Below, in pieces: positions 1 to 10,210 of a stretch of DNA of 64,000 nucleotides. The DNA is from Bacillota bacterium (lineage in GTDB: Bacteria; Pseudomonadota; Alphaproteobacteria; Sphingomonadales; Sphingomonadaceae). Each line of letters opens with the position of its first letter. The stretch's first letter is position 1. The notes beneath the pieces were generated by a model. The model was not told the origin of the DNA and made no database searches. It was given only the letters and a program-made list of their open reading frames with translations. The DNA lies in NCBI GenBank assembly GCA_050261135.1, contig JBLNCZ010000015.1, positions 16,941 to 80,940 of the forward strand. Direction: 5' to 3'. A program made the position numbers and the translations under genes.

Positions 1-1120
1 TCGAGAAAGCCGGGCCGCTGTGCGCATCGGGAAGGCCGGTGATCTGCTTCGGGCGGCCGACGCGGACGGCGCGGCCGAGCACGCCCTGCATGTAATCCGC
101 GACATTCTTCAATTCGGCGCCGCCGCCGGTCAGCACCACTTGCCTGCCGACCGGGCCGGTGAAGCCGAGCGCCTTCAGCGAGGCTTCGACCTCGTTGGTC
201 AGCTCCTCGATCCGCTGGCGGATCACCATCATCAGCTGCGCGCGCGTGATCTTCATCGGCTCGGCGCCGGGGTCCGCTCCGATCTGCGTCGCCTCGATCA
301 TCTCGTGATTGTCGCGCGGGCTCGTCATGGCCGAGCCGTAGAAGCATTTGAGCCGCTCGGCGTCGCGGCGCTGGACGGCGAAGGCGCACGCGATGTCGTT
401 GGTGATGTCGCGCGCCCCGAGCTGGATGGAGCGCAGGCCGACGAGCATCCCGCCATAATGCACCGAGACGTTGGTGACTTCGGCGCCCATCTCGACGAGC
501 GCCACGCCGAGCTCGCGCTCCTCGTCGCTCAAACAGGCAAGCGCGGCAGCGATGGGCGAAGCGACGATGGCTTTGACGCCGAGGTGCGCTTGGCGGATGA
601 CGGTGTCGATATTGCGGAGCGGCGCCGCGTCCGCGGCAATGACATGGATGTCGACGCCGAGCCGGCTTGCGTGAAGGCCGATCGGCTGCTGCACGCCCTG
701 CGCCCGGTCGATGGTATAAAGCGCCGGATGGGCATGGAGCACGACCTGTCCGTTGCGGTCGATCGCGTGCTTGCCGGCGTCGAGCAGCTCGTCGACGTCG
801 GCCTGCTCGACGGCGTGGCCGCCAAGCTCGACCTCGACATTGGCGACGTCGCTGACGAGGCCCGGCGCACCATAGCTCGCCCACACGTCCTCGACGGTCA
901 CCCCCGACATGCGCTCCGCAAGCTCGACGGCTTCGCGGACCGCGAACTCGCTTGCCGCCATGTCGGTGATATAGCCGCGCTTGACCCCGCGGCTTTCGCG
1001 CTGGCCGGTGCCGAGCACGGTCGGGCGGCCGTCCTCGTCGAGGCGCGCGATCATCGCGCTGACCTTCGACGAGCCGATGTCGAGCGCTGCGATCAGCTCC
1101 AGTTCGTCGGCCTGGGCCAC
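1..1120 (-). CDS. ftsA: Cell division protein FtsA, 3'-truncated by the window edge (N-terminal ~373 codons present)
   Basis: Absent from the ORF track because there is no stop in the window. Manual reverse translation from GTG at 1120 gives VAQADELELIAALDIGSSKVSAMIARLDEDGRPTVLGTGQRESRGVKRGYITD...VVLTGGGAELKNVADYMQGVLGRAVRVGRP, an actin-like FtsA. It lies 4 nt downstream of the ftsQ stop. Confidence 0.9.
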   Translation of the reverse strand, partial: MAQADELELIAALDIGSSKVSAMIARLDEDGRPTVLGTGQRESRGVKRGYITDMAASEFAVREAVELAERMSGVTVEDVWASYGAPGLVSDVANVEVELGGHAVEQADVDELLDAGKHAIDRNGQVVLHAHPALYTIDRAQGVQQPIGLHASRLGVDIHVIAADAAPLRNIDTVIRQAHLGVKAIVASPIAAALACLSDEERELGVALVEMGAEVTNVSVHYGGMLVGLRSIQLGARDITNDIACAFAVQRRDAERLKCFYGSAMTSPRDNHEMIEATQIGADPGAEPMKITRAQLMMVIRQRIEELTNEVEASLKALGFTGPVGRQVVLTGGGAELKNVADYMQGVLGRAVRVGRPKQITGLPDAHSGPAFS

Positions 1121-1124
1121 GGCG

Positions 1125-2033
1125 CTAGCCTACCTGCGGCGGAGCCGGCTTGGCCGGCTCGATCGGGTGGGGCAGGCGGACGATCATCTTGCCGGGAACG
1201 CGAAGGTCGAACCGGACGAGGCCGCGGCCGAGCAGCCCCGACTGCTTGTCCGCCCGCGCGAACTTGACGAGCGCCGTCCGGGCCGCGTCATAGCCTTCCG
1301 GGAGCGCTACGGTCTCCCCGGACTGGAAGTTGAGATCCCAGCGGCGGCCGCCGACCCAGGTCGCCGACGCGAGCTGCGGCTTGAGCGTCGGGACCGCGGC
1401 CATGAGGGTCGACAGCTCCTGCTCCTGCTGGTTCGCGCCGGGCCCGATGAGGAGCGGGAGGTCGGGCATGCGATCGACCGGCACGCGGTCGAGCACCACG
1501 CCTTCGGCATCGATCAGCGCGAGCTGGCCCTGGCTCTGCCAGAGAGCGGCCGGCTTGCGTTCGACGATGTCGATCACGAGCGTGTCGGGCAAGCGGCGCA
1601 GGACGCGCGCGTCCTTGACCCAGCCGAACTGCAGCAGCCGCTGGCGGATGGCGGACGTGTCGACGAGCGCCTGCGGGGCCTTCGACGTTCCTGCCTCGTC
1701 GGCGGCGCGGTGGAGCTCGTCGGTGACGACCTCGTCGACCGGCGCGCGGCTCATATGGGCGAGGCCGACGATCTGGTAGCCGCTGACGTTGAAGCCGGCG
1801 TGGCCGACGGCGGCGGCGGCGCTGCGCTCCGCCTTGGCCGGGATGTCGAGCGCGACGAGCACGACCAGGGCGATCGCGAGCATGAAGGCGCCGAAGACGA
1901 GCCCCGCGACCTTGTTTGCCCGCGCCTGGTCGACCGGGAGCCGCCTGGCGATCTTCTTCGGAACGGTGACCTTGGCGGGCTTGCGGGTCCTCGCGCGGCC
2001 ACCGCCGCCGCGGCGGACGTGGGCGGCGCTCAC
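1125..2033 (-). CDS. ftsQ: Cell division protein FtsQ
   Basis: ORF 1125..2453 trimmed to the GTG at 2033, which overlaps the ddl stop (GTGA). One TM segment (VAGLVFGAFMLAIALVVLVAL) is followed by a POTRA/FtsQ-type domain (LVIDIVERKPAALW, WDLNFQSGETVALPEG). It sits in the standard position between ddl and ftsA. Confidence 0.88.
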   Translation of the reverse strand: MSAAHVRRGGGGRARTRKPAKVTVPKKIARRLPVDQARANKVAGLVFGAFMLAIALVVLVALDIPAKAERSAAAAVGHAGFNVSGYQIVGLAHMSRAPVDEVVTDELHRAADEAGTSKAPQALVDTSAIRQRLLQFGWVKDARVLRRLPDTLVIDIVERKPAALWQSQGQLALIDAEGVVLDRVPVDRMPDLPLLIGPGANQQEQELSTLMAAVPTLKPQLASATWVGGRRWDLNFQSGETVALPEGYDAARTALVKFARADKQSGLLGRGLVRFDLRVPGKMIVRLPHPIEPAKPAPPQVG

Positions 2034-2956
2034 CGGAGCGCTTCCTCGATCAGCCGCTCGACCAGCTCGCCGTAGGCGATGCCGCGGGACTTCGCCTGCT
2101 CCGGCACGAGGCTGAGCGGAGTCATTCCCGGCTGGGTGTTCACCTCGAGCAGGTAAAGGCCCGCTTCGCCCTGCTCGTCGTCCCAGCGGAAGTCCGCGCG
2201 CGAGGCGCCCTTGCAGCCGAGCAGCCGGTGGGCCTTCGCGGCCATGTCCATCATCGACCGGGCAACGTCCTCGGGAACGTTCGCCGGGCATTCGTGCACC
2301 GTGAGGCCGTCGGTATATTTGGCGGCATAATCGTAGAAGCCGGCCTTGGGCTTGAGCTCGGTGACGGCGAGCGCCTCGTCGTTGAGAACGGCGACGGTGA
2401 GCTCGCGGCCCTTGATGAAGGGCTCGGCGAGAAGCTCGTCGAATTCGTGCCATGGCCCGGGAACGTCGCGGCCGATCGGATTGCCGTAATTGCCGTCGGC
2501 AGTGACGATGGCGACACCGACCGACGAGCCTTCGTTGATCGGCTTCAGCACATAGGGCCGCGCCATCGGGTCGGCGGAATAGATGCTCTCGCTTTCGACC
2601 ACCTTGCCCGCCGGCATGCGGATGCCGTGGGGCACGAGCACCATCTTGGTCAGCTCCTTGTCGATCGCGATGACGGAGGTTTCCAGCCCGCTGTGGGTGT
2701 AGCGGATGCCCATCAGGTCCATCATGCCCTGCACCGTGCCGTCCTCGCCGGGCGTGCCGTGGAGCGCGTTGAAGACGACGTCGGGCTTCAGCTCGGCGAG
2801 GCGCAGGGCGACGTCGCGGTCCATGTCGAGCTCGGTCACGCGCGACCAGCCGCGGTCGCGAAGGGCAGCGGCGATGCCGGCGCCGCTGGTCAGGGAGACT
2901 TCGCGCTCCTTCGACCAGCCGCCCATGAGCACGACTACGTGGAGATATTTGTTCAA
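2030..2956 (-). CDS. ddl: D-alanine--D-alanine ligase
   Basis: ORF 2030..2986. Contains HVVVLMGGWSKEREVSLTSG plus an ATP-grasp body and the C-terminal EVNTQPGMTPLSLVPEQA. Likely start is TTG 2956, overlapping the murB TGA (TTGA); the longest-ORF start is GTG 2986. Confidence 0.93.
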   Translation of the reverse strand: MNKYLHVVVLMGGWSKEREVSLTSGAGIAAALRDRGWSRVTELDMDRDVALRLAELKPDVVFNALHGTPGEDGTVQGMMDLMGIRYTHSGLETSVIAIDKELTKMVLVPHGIRMPAGKVVESESIYSADPMARPYVLKPINEGSSVGVAIVTADGNYGNPIGRDVPGPWHEFDELLAEPFIKGRELTVAVLNDEALAVTELKPKAGFYDYAAKYTDGLTVHECPANVPEDVARSMMDMAAKAHRLLGCKGASRADFRWDDEQGEAGLYLLEVNTQPGMTPLSLVPEQAKSRGIAYGELVERLIEEALR

Positions 2957-3879
2957 CCTTCGGTCCCCACGCGCTGGATTTCCCACTCGAGCTGGATGTG
3001 CGTCTTTTCCTTGACCCGGCGGCGGACTTCCTCGCCCAGCGCCTCGATCTCGGCGCTTGTCGCGCTACCGAGGTTCAAGAGGAAGTTGCAATGCTTTTCC
3101 GAGACTTGGGCGTCGCCGATCGTGAGGCCGCGGCAGCCCGCCGCGTCGATCAGCGCCCAGGCCTTGTGGCCCGGCGGGTTCTTGAAGGTCGATCCGCCGG
3201 TGCGGCTACGTAGCGGCTGCGATTCCTCGCGGGCGCGGGCGATCGCGTCCATTTCCGCGCCGATCGCCGCCGGATCTCCGGGGGTGCCGCGGAAGACGGC
3301 TTCAATGACGACCGCGCCCGCCGGTACTTCGCTATGGCGATAGGTGTAGCCGAGCTTCTCGAGCGGCCATTCGACGACCTCCCCTGACCGCAGCACGAGC
3401 CGCGCCGAGACGAGGATGTCCTTCACCTCGCGGCCGTAGGCGCCGCCGTTCATGCGGACGAAGCCGCCGACGGTGCCTGGGATGCCGCGGAGGAACTCCA
3501 GGCCCGCGATGCCTGCGTCGCGCGCGGTCGAGCTGACGAGGATCCCGCTGGCGCCGCCGCCGCAGCGCAGGGTCACGTCGTCGAGCTTGTCGATCTTCGC
3601 GAAGGGCTTGCCGAGACGGATGACGACGCCGGGAACGCCGCCGTCGCGGACGATGAGGTTCGAGCCGAGGCCGAGCGCCATGACCGGCACTCCGGGGTCG
3701 AGCTCGCGGAGGAAGGAGACGAGGTCGTCCTCGTCCTTCGGCTCGAACAGCCATTCGGCGTTGCCGCCGCTCTTGAACCAGACGAGCGGAGCGAGAGGAG
3801 CGTCGTGGGTCAGCTTGCCGCGCACCTTCCCCCCTCCCGCTTGCGGGAGGGGCCGGGGGAGGGCCTGTCCCGTGCTCAC
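2953..3879 (-). CDS. murB: UDP-N-acetylenolpyruvoylglucosamine reductase
   Basis: C-terminal part of ORF 2953..4872: [29 protein letters not shown]...[12 protein letters not shown]...[24 protein letters not shown]. Start taken as GTG 3879, overlapping the murC TGA (GTGA). An alternative GTG at 3825 is preceded by a GGAGG supplied by the repeat element. Confidence 0.9.
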   Translation of the reverse strand: MSTGQALPRPLPQAGGGKVRGKLTHDAPLAPLVWFKSGGNAEWLFEPKDEDDLVSFLRELDPGVPVMALGLGSNLIVRDGGVPGVVIRLGKPFAKIDKLDDVTLRCGGGASGILVSSTARDAGIAGLEFLRGIPGTVGGFVRMNGGAYGREVKDILVSARLVLRSGEVVEWPLEKLGYTYRHSEVPAGAVVIEAVFRGTPGDPAAIGAEMDAIARAREESQPLRSRTGGSTFKNPPGHKAWALIDAAGCRGLTIGDAQVSEKHCNFLLNLGSATSAEIEALGEEVRRRVKEKTHIQLEWEIQRVGTEG

Positions 3880-3940
3880 ACGCCCTCCCCTTCGGCGCTT
3901 CGCGCCGCTTCGTCTCCCGCAAGCGACAGGGGAGACTTCT
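3826..3940. repeat. GC-rich nested-palindrome (REP/MITE-like) element, copy A, spanning the murC stop / murB start
   Basis: Hairpin CCCCTCCCGC-TT-GCGGGAGGGG (3831-3852) and a second hairpin GTCTCCC...GGGAGAC (3912-3918 / 3930-3936). It shares the CCCTC[C/T]CC / GGGAG[G/A]GG motif vocabulary with the elements at 8910-9020 and 48255-48392. Boundaries are approximate. Confidence 0.6.
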
Positions 3941-5348
3941 TCGACCTCGCCTCGCAGATGCCCGTGGCGAGCGAGGCGGCCCATTTGGTGATGTCGCCGG
4001 CGCCCATGCAAATGACCATGTCGCCTTCTGCGGCGAGGTCGCGCAGCGCGCCGCACAGGTCGTCGAGATCCTCGACCGGGCGGACCATGCGGTGGCCGTG
4101 CGCGCGCAGGCCTTCGGCAAGCGCGTTCGAGTCGACGCCTTCGATCGGCTCCTCGCCGGCCGGATAGACGGGGGTCACGAAAACGACGTCGGCGTCGTTG
4201 AAGGCGCTCTGGAAGTCGTCCATCAAATCGCGAAGCCGCGTGTAACGGTGCGGCTGGACGACCGCGATCACGCGGCCTTGCGCGCCTTCGCGCGCGGCCG
4301 CGAGAACCGCGCGGATTTCGGTCGGGTGGTGGGCGTAGTCGTCGATGATCACAGCGCCATCCGCATCGCCTACATGAGTGAAGCGCCGCTTGACGCCGTC
4401 GAAGCGCTCGAAGCCGGCGAGGATCTGCTCGTCCGATATTCCGAGCTCGATCGCGACGGCGATCGCCGCGAGCGCGTTCTGGACATTGTGGCGCCCGGGG
4501 ATGCGGATGGTGACGCCCTCGATCGTGCGGCGCTCGCCGTCGCGGTCGAGGATCAGCGCATCGAAGCGGCTGCCGCCCGGCACTGGCGTGATGTTGTCGG
4601 CGCGGACGTCCGCGAGCGCGGAAAAGCCGTAGGTGACGATGCGGCGGTCGCGGATTCGGCCGATGATGCTCTGCACCTCGGGATGGTCGATGCACAGGAC
4701 CGCGAGCCCGTAGAAAGGCACGTTCTCGACGAACTCGATGAAGGCGTCCTTCACCGCGTCGAAGCTGCCATAATGTTCGAGGTGCTCGGGATCGATGTTG
4801 GTGACCACGGCAATGGTCCCGTCGAGGCGAAGGAAGCTGCCGTCGCTCTCGTCGGCCTCGACCACCCACCATTCGCTTTTACCGAGACGGGCGTTGGAGC
4901 CGTAGCGGTTGATGATCCCGCCGTTGATCACCGTCGGGTCGAGGCCGCCGCTGTCTAGCAAGGCCGCGACCATCGAGGTGGTGGTGGTCTTCCCGTGCGT
5001 GCCCGCGACCGTGACGGTCTTCTGCATCCGCATCAGCTCGGCGAGCATCTCGGCGCGGCGTACGCGCGGCAGGCGCCGCTCGGCCGCGGCCTGGACCTCG
5101 GGATTGGTCTCCTTGATCGCGGTCGAGCAGACGACGACCGCGGCGTCGCCGAGATTGTCGGCGCTGTGGCCGATGCTGACGGGGATGCCCTGCTTTCGGA
5201 GCTTCTCGACGACGTAGGAATCGGACGCGTCCGAGCCCTGCACCTTGTAGCCGAGCTGGTGCATCACCTCGGCGATCCCGGACATGCCGATGCCGCCGAT
5301 CCCGACGAAGTGGATCGTGCCGATGTCGGTGCCGAGCGCCTTCATCAT
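3876..5348 (-). CDS. murC: UDP-N-acetylmuramate--L-alanine ligase
   Basis: ORF 3876..5843 trimmed to ATG 5348 ([28 protein letters not shown]), which overlaps the murG stop. Mur ligase P-loop [11 protein letters not shown] is present. The C-terminal ~20 aa ([19 protein letters not shown]) are encoded by repeat copy A. Confidence 0.95.
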   Translation of the reverse strand: MMKALGTDIGTIHFVGIGGIGMSGIAEVMHQLGYKVQGSDASDSYVVEKLRKQGIPVSIGHSADNLGDAAVVVCSTAIKETNPEVQAAAERRLPRVRRAEMLAELMRMQKTVTVAGTHGKTTTTSMVAALLDSGGLDPTVINGGIINRYGSNARLGKSEWWVVEADESDGSFLRLDGTIAVVTNIDPEHLEHYGSFDAVKDAFIEFVENVPFYGLAVLCIDHPEVQSIIGRIRDRRIVTYGFSALADVRADNITPVPGGSRFDALILDRDGERRTIEGVTIRIPGRHNVQNALAAIAVAIELGISDEQILAGFERFDGVKRRFTHVGDADGAVIIDDYAHHPTEIRAVLAAAREGAQGRVIAVVQPHRYTRLRDLMDDFQSAFNDADVVFVTPVYPAGEEPIEGVDSNALAEGLRAHGHRMVRPVEDLDDLCGALRDLAAEGDMVICMGAGDITKWAASLATGICEARSKKSPLSLAGDEAARSAEGEGV

Positions 5349-6505
5349 GCCGGGACGCCCCCGACGGGAGCCACGGCGCCGCGGCGCGGAGCGAGCGCCG
5401 GACCGACCGCGACGGGCGCGGGACCGCTGCCGATGCGCTCGACCAGGTCGGCGAGGTCTCGCGCGGCGTGCGGGCGGCCGACGGAAAGAGCGCGGGCCGC
5501 GGCATTGCCGAGCGCGACCGGATCCATTGCGAGCACCTCGATCTGGCGCGCGAGGACCTCGGGCGTGAAGTTCGCTTCCTGGATTGCGCGCGCTCCGCCC
5601 GCCTTGACCATCTCCCGCGCGTTGGCAGTCTGGTGATCGTCGGTGGCGGCGGCGAAGGGGATGAGAATCGCGGGGCGGCCCGCGGCGGTCAGCTCGGCCA
5701 CGGTGGAAGCGCCCGCGCGGCCGATCACCAGATGCGCGTCGGCAATCTTCTCCGCCATGTCCTCGATGTAGGTCATGAGCTCGGCGGGGATGCCGAGCTC
5801 GGCATATTGGGCGCGCACCCGCTCGATGTCCTCGGGCCGGCACTGCTGCACGACCTGGAGGCGGCGGCGGAGCTGCGGCGCGAGCATCCCGAGGCCCTCG
5901 GGCACCACCCTGCTGAGAATGCTTGCGCCCTGGCTGCCGCCGGTGACGAGGATCTTCAACGGAGCGACGTCGTCGAACGGCGGGAACGGGAGTTCGCCAA
6001 GTTTGGCAATTTCGGCGCGGACCGGGTTGCCGACGATGACGGTCTTGTCCTCGAACTTGGGTTTCAGCCGGTCGACCTGGTCGTAGGCGATGGCAATCGC
6101 CTCGGCGTCGCCGGAGAGGAGCCGGTTGACGCGGCCGAGCACCGCATTCTGCTCGTGAAGCACGGTCGGGATGTTCATCGAGCTGGCGGCGAGCAGCGAG
6201 GGGAAAGCCGGGTAGCCGCCGAAGCCGACGACCGCATCGGGCCGGTGTTCGCGATAGAGGCGCTTGGCCTGGCCCCTCCCCTTCACCACCGCGCCCACGG
6301 CCTTGAGCATGCCGATCGGCCCGCCGCCGAGCCGCCCGGCCGGAAGGATGTGCACGGGCACTCCTTCGAACAGGCCGGGAAAGCGCGCGCCGCGCTCGTC
6401 GGTAATCAGCAGCACGCCATGGCCGCGGCCCCTGAGCTCCGCCGCCAGCGCATGCGCCGGGATCATGTGTCCGCCCGTGCCACCGGCGGCCAGCACGAAG
6501 TTCAT
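5345..6505 (-). CDS. murG: UDP-N-acetylglucosamine--N-acetylmuramyl-(pentapeptide) pyrophosphoryl-undecaprenol GlcNAc transferase
   Basis: ORF 5345..6529. [24 protein letters not shown] is the typical MurG N-terminus. ATG 6505 overlaps the ftsW stop (ATGA). Confidence 0.94.
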   Translation of the reverse strand: MNFVLAAGGTGGHMIPAHALAAELRGRGHGVLLITDERGARFPGLFEGVPVHILPAGRLGGGPIGMLKAVGAVVKGRGQAKRLYREHRPDAVVGFGGYPAFPSLLAASSMNIPTVLHEQNAVLGRVNRLLSGDAEAIAIAYDQVDRLKPKFEDKTVIVGNPVRAEIAKLGELPFPPFDDVAPLKILVTGGSQGASILSRVVPEGLGMLAPQLRRRLQVVQQCRPEDIERVRAQYAELGIPAELMTYIEDMAEKIADAHLVIGRAGASTVAELTAAGRPAILIPFAAATDDHQTANAREMVKAGGARAIQEANFTPEVLARQIEVLAMDPVALGNAAARALSVGRPHAARDLADLVERIGSGPAPVAVGPALAPRRGAVAPVGGVPA

Positions 6506-7725
6506 GCGGCTAGCGACTCCCCGCTCCATTTCACGACATAGGGTGAACGCGTGAGATAGGGGTTTCGCCGCGTGAAGGCGAGCAGCAAGCCCATGCCCAC
6601 CGACAGCGCGAGCATCGAGCTTCCGCCATAGCTGATGAAGGGCAGCGTCATGCCCTTCGACGGGGCAAGCTGGACGTTCACCATCATGTTGATGAGCGCC
6701 TGCAGCCCGAACTCGATCACCAGTCCGGCGCCGGCGAGGATGGCGAAGCTGTTGTCCTCGTCGAGCAGCTTGATCAGCACGCGCGCGACGATGCCGAGAT
6801 AGAGCAAAGCGATGGCGAGGCAGGCAATGAGGCCGAACTCTTCCCCGACCACGGAGAAGATGTAATCGGTGTGCGGCTCAGGGAGGCCGAACTTCCGCGT
6901 GCCGCCCCCCGGCCCCATGCCGAACAGGCCGCCGGCCGTCAGCGTCCGCATCGCATTTTCGACCTGGAAGCGGTCGCCGGTGCCGAACAGGAACTCGTCG
7001 ATCCGCTGCGTCGCGACGTCGTAGAAGAAATAAGCGAGGATCACGCCGACGATGCCCGCAATACCGAGCCCGATGAGGATGCGGAGGTTGATGCCGGCAA
7101 GCGCGAGCATCGCCAGCCATACCGCGCAGAAGATGATCGTGCTTCCGAAGTCCGGCTGTTTCATCAGCAGGAAGGCGATGCCGCCGACGAGCACGGCGGA
7201 AATGGGATAGACGGGAAGCGACTTGTCGGCCTCCTTGAGGCTCAACAGCCAGGCCATCGAAACGACGAAGAAGGGCTTCAGGAACTCGGACGGCTGGACC
7301 TGGCCGACGCCGAACTCGATCCAGCGCTTGGCGCCGTTATGCTCCGGCCCGATGATCGGCACGAACACCAGCAGGACGAAGAAGAAAGCCGCGCCGAATA
7401 GCGAGAGCCGTCGCGCGCGCTCGCGCGGCATCATCGAGATGCCGATCATCACCGGGATGCCGACGGCGATCCAGGCCAGCTGGCGCCAGAAATAATAGAG
7501 GTCGTTGAAGCGGACGTTGCCGCCCGAATAGCGCTGCGCGGCGGCCGGCGAAGCGGCGGCGACGGCGATCAGGCCGATGGCGATCAGCACGCTGATCAGC
7601 AGCAGCAGGACCTTGTCGATCTCCCAGAACCAGCGGCCGATCGGGCTGGTGTCGGAGCGGCCGTAATGGTTCGGGTCCATCAGCGCGGCCTTGGCCTTGA
7701 TCTGGCCCGAGATGCCCTTGATCAT
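6502..7725 (-). CDS. ftsW: SEDS-family peptidoglycan glycosyltransferase / cell division protein FtsW
   Basis: ORF 6502..7974 trimmed to ATG 7725 ([10 protein letters not shown]), which overlaps the murD stop. Polytopic membrane protein with SEDS motifs ([34 protein letters not shown]). Confidence 0.93.
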   Translation of the reverse strand: MIKGISGQIKAKAALMDPNHYGRSDTSPIGRWFWEIDKVLLLLISVLIAIGLIAVAAASPAAAQRYSGGNVRFNDLYYFWRQLAWIAVGIPVMIGISMMPRERARRLSLFGAAFFFVLLVFVPIIGPEHNGAKRWIEFGVGQVQPSEFLKPFFVVSMAWLLSLKEADKSLPVYPISAVLVGGIAFLLMKQPDFGSTIIFCAVWLAMLALAGINLRILIGLGIAGIVGVILAYFFYDVATQRIDEFLFGTGDRFQVENAMRTLTAGGLFGMGPGGGTRKFGLPEPHTDYIFSVVGEEFGLIACLAIALLYLGIVARVLIKLLDEDNSFAILAGAGLVIEFGLQALINMMVNVQLAPSKGMTLPFISYGGSSMLALSVGMGLLLAFTRRNPYLTRSPYVVKWSGESLAA

Positions 7726-9143
7726 AATCCCTCCACCAGCTGCCGGAACTGGTTCCCCCGGTCCTCGAAGTCGCGGAACTGGTCGAAGCTGGCGCAGGCC
7801 GGCGAGAGGAGCACCGTGTCTCCCCGCTCCGCCTCGGCCGCAGCTTCTCCCACCGCTCGTTCGAGCGTCACGCACTGTGACACGTCCATGTGCGGCGACA
7901 AGAGCGAAGCGAACAATTCGCCCGCTTCGCCAATGGTATAGGCCTTGCGGACATGACCGAAGTGCGGCGCGCATTCGTCGAGATCGTCGGTCTTCGCCTG
8001 CCCGCCGCAGATCCAGCGGATCCGCTCGAACGCGGCGAGAGCCGGGGCGGTCGCGGTCGGGTTGGTCGCCTTGCTGTCGTTGACGAACAGGACGCCGTCC
8101 TTCTCGCGGATGCGCTCCATGCGGTGGGGCAGGCCTCGATAAGAGCGGAGGGCTTCCAAGATGACGCCACAGTCGAGGCCCAGTTCAAGACCGACAGCCA
8201 AGGCAGTCATCGCGTTCTGCAAGTTGTGTGGACCTTGCAAGGACGGCCAGTCGGTTTGCCTTGCGACCGCTTGATTGCTGACGAAAATGCTTCCGTCCAC
8301 CGCACACAGATCATCTGTAATGCCCAAGGTCGAGGGTCGACGGCCATGCTGAGCCGGCCACCGGAAATGATACTCAGGCTGCTCGTCGAAAAATTTGTTT
8401 GGCCGCGGAATGACGCGCGAGTGAGCAGCCGTCTGCATCTCTAAGAGACGCAATTTGGAAGCCTGGTATGCTTCGAAACTCTCGTACCGATCGAGATGGT
8501 CGGGCGTGATGTTGAGCAGCACGGCGATGTCGCAATCGAGGCTTTGCGTCAGGTCGATCTGGAAGCTCGACAGCTCGAGCACGTAGACGCCGCCTTCGGG
8601 CAGCGGGTCCTGGGCGAGGATCGGCAGGCCGATATTGCCGCCCATCGTCGTCGGCACGCCCGCGGTCTTGAGAATGTGGTGGACGAGCGCGGTCGTGGTC
8701 GACTTGCCGTTGGTGCCGGTGATGCCGACCACCTTGTGCGGCGGAAGCTCGGGGCGGGCGCGGGCGAACAGCTCGATGTCGCCGATGATCTCGACCCCCG
8801 CATCTCGCGCGCGTTGCGCGATCGGGTGGCGGTTGAGCGGCAGGCCGGGAGTGACGACGAGGGAGTCGAATTGGGAGAGGTCGGCGGTGTCGAGGTCGGT
8901 CACTTCCATCCCCTCTCCCTGGAGGGAGAGGGCAGGGTGAGGGTGTTCGGCGCTTGAGGATTGACTCGACGGTCGAGCCCCCTCACCCCGGCCCTCTCCC
9001 CGCTGGGAAGAGGGAGCAAGCTTCGCGTCCCATGCGGTCACCTTGGCTCCGCTCGCAAGCAGCGCCTGCACGGTTGCGATGCCCGACCGCGCCAGACCGT
9101 AGACCGCATAATGTTTGCCCGCGAAGGCGCGTGCGGTGATCAC
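7722..9143 (-). CDS. murD: UDP-N-acetylmuramoylalanine--D-glutamate ligase, carrying an in-frame 37-codon repeat-derived insert
   Basis: ORF 7722..9911 trimmed to GTG 9143, overlapping the mraY TGA (GTGA). Contains [12 protein letters not shown]-loop [14 protein letters not shown] and [11 protein letters not shown]. Codons 42-78 come from repeat copy B. The segment ~8130-8495 is compositionally atypical. Confidence 0.93.
   Translation of the reverse strand: MITARAFAGKHYAVYGLARSGIATVQALLASGAKVTAWDAKLAPSSQRGEGRGEGARPSSQSSSAEHPHPALSLQGEGMEVTDLDTADLSQFDSLVVTPGLPLNRHPIAQRARDAGVEIIGDIELFARARPELPPHKVVGITGTNGKSTTTALVHHILKTAGVPTTMGGNIGLPILAQDPLPEGGVYVLELSSFQIDLTQSLDCDIAVLLNITPDHLDRYESFEAYQASKLRLLEMQTAAHSRVIPRPNKFFDEQPEYHFRWPAQHGRRPSTLGITDDLCAVDGSIFVSNQAVARQTDWPSLQGPHNLQNAMTALAVGLELGLDCGVILEALRSYRGLPHRMERIREKDGVLFVNDSKATNPTATAPALAAFERIRWICGGQAKTDDLDECAPHFGHVRKAYTIGEAGELFASLLSPHMDVSQCVTLERAVGEAAAEAERGDTVLLSPACASFDQFRDFEDRGNQFRQLVEGL
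8910..9020. repeat. GC-rich nested-palindrome (REP/MITE-like) element, copy B, in frame inside murD
   Basis: Perfect hairpin CCCTCTCCC-TGGA-GGGAGAGGG (8911-8932). Long-range inverted pair GGGTGAGGG (8935-8943) / CCCTCACCC (8980-8988) enclosing CTCGAC-G-GTCGAG. A third imperfect hairpin lies at 8992-9017. The 111 nt (37 codons) translate as [37 protein letters not shown]. Confidence 0.7.
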
Positions 9144-10210
9144 CGCAGCTTCAACGTCGCCAGGCCGGCAAGGGCGAGCACGAAGCTGATGATCCAGAAG
9201 CGGATCACGACGGTCGGCTCGGACCAGCCGAGATGCTCGAAATGGTGGTGGATCGGCGCCATCAGGAAGAGGCGCTTCCCGGTCTTCTTGTAGACCGCGA
9301 CCTGGATCACGACGCTCAGCGCCTCGACGACGAAGATGCCGCCGACGATGGCGAGGACGAACTCGTGGTGGGTGGCGACGGAGATCGCGCCCAGCGCGCC
9401 GCCCAAAGCGAGGCTGCCGGTATCGCCCATGAAGACGGCCGCGGGCGGCGCGTTGAACCAGAGGAAGGCGAGACCCGCGCCGATGATCGCCATCAGCAGC
9501 ACGGTGAGGTCGCCCGCGCCGGGAACGTGCGGGATCCCGAGGTAGGCGGCGAATTTCACGTTGCCGACGAGATAGGAGATGAGGAGGAAGGCGATGCTGG
9601 CGATGATGACCGGCATGGTGGCGAGCCCGTCGAGGCCGTCGGTCAGGTTGACCGCATTGCCGAAGGCGACGATGACGAATGCGCCGAAGGCGATGTAGAA
9701 CCAGCCGAGATCCGCCACGGTTTCCTTCACGAAGGGCACGTGGAGCCCGGTGCCGCCGGTGCGGATCATGAGCCAGGTCGCAATGCCCGCGATGGTGAAT
9801 TCGAGCAGCAGCCGCGTCTTGCCGGAGAGTCCGGCGTGGTGCGCCTTCTTGACCTTGTCGTAGTCGTCGAGCCAGCCGATCAGCCCGAAGCCCGCGGTCA
9901 CCAGAAGGCAAGCCCAGACATAGGGGTTGGCGAGGTTCATCCAGAGGAGGACCGAGATCGACAGCGAGATGAGGATCAGCAGGCCGCCCATGGTCGGCGT
10001 GCCGCGCTTGGCGAGGTGGCTCTGCGGCCCGTCCTCGCGGATCGGCTGGCCCTTGCCCTGCGTCGCGCGAAGCCAGCTGATGAACTTGGGGCCGAGCAGA
10101 AGCCCGATGAGGAGGGCGGTGCCGGCGGCCGCGCCGGCGCGGAAGCTGATGTAGCGGATTAGGTTCAACGCGCCGGGGAAGCCGAGCTGCTCGGCGATCA
10201 CGTAGAGCAT
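9140..10210 (-). CDS. mraY: Phospho-N-acetylmuramoyl-pentapeptide transferase
   Basis: ORF 9140..10738 trimmed to ATG 10210 ([24 protein letters not shown]). Motifs [19 protein letters not shown] and APIHHHFE are present. It overlaps the murF 3' end by 13 nt. Confidence 0.95.
   Translation of the reverse strand: MLYVIAEQLGFPGALNLIRYISFRAGAAAGTALLIGLLLGPKFISWLRATQGKGQPIREDGPQSHLAKRGTPTMGGLLILISLSISVLLWMNLANPYVWACLLVTAGFGLIGWLDDYDKVKKAHHAGLSGKTRLLLEFTIAGIATWLMIRTGGTGLHVPFVKETVADLGWFYIAFGAFVIVAFGNAVNLTDGLDGLATMPVIIASIAFLLISYLVGNVKFAAYLGIPHVPGAGDLTVLLMAIIGAGLAFLWFNAPPAAVFMGDTGSLALGGALGAISVATHHEFVLAIVGGIFVVEALSVVIQVAVYKKTGKRLFLMAPIHHHFEHLGWSEPTVVIRFWIISFVLALAGLATLKLR

Noticed and set aside
20-1267. 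415-aa plus-strand ORF covering the ftsA region
   Set aside because: It is the antisense reading of a clear FtsA coding sequence. The translation is an Arg/Ala/Gly/Asp-rich stretch with no recognisable motifs, typical of open antisense frames in high-GC DNA.
2953-4872. N-terminal extensions of track ORFs (for example the 639-aa murB ORF, the 655-aa murC ORF, the 729-aa murD ORF and the 532-aa mraY ORF)
   Set aside because: The upstream parts are out-of-frame readings of the preceding gene. Real starts sit at the 4-nt overlap codons and give orthologue-like N-termini.
6274-6284. CCCCTCCCCTT in murG, and again at 10631-10641 in murF, considered as further copies of the palindromic repeat
   Set aside because: Both simply encode K-G-R-G in well-conserved coding context and lack an inverted partner. 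The resemblance is coincidental.
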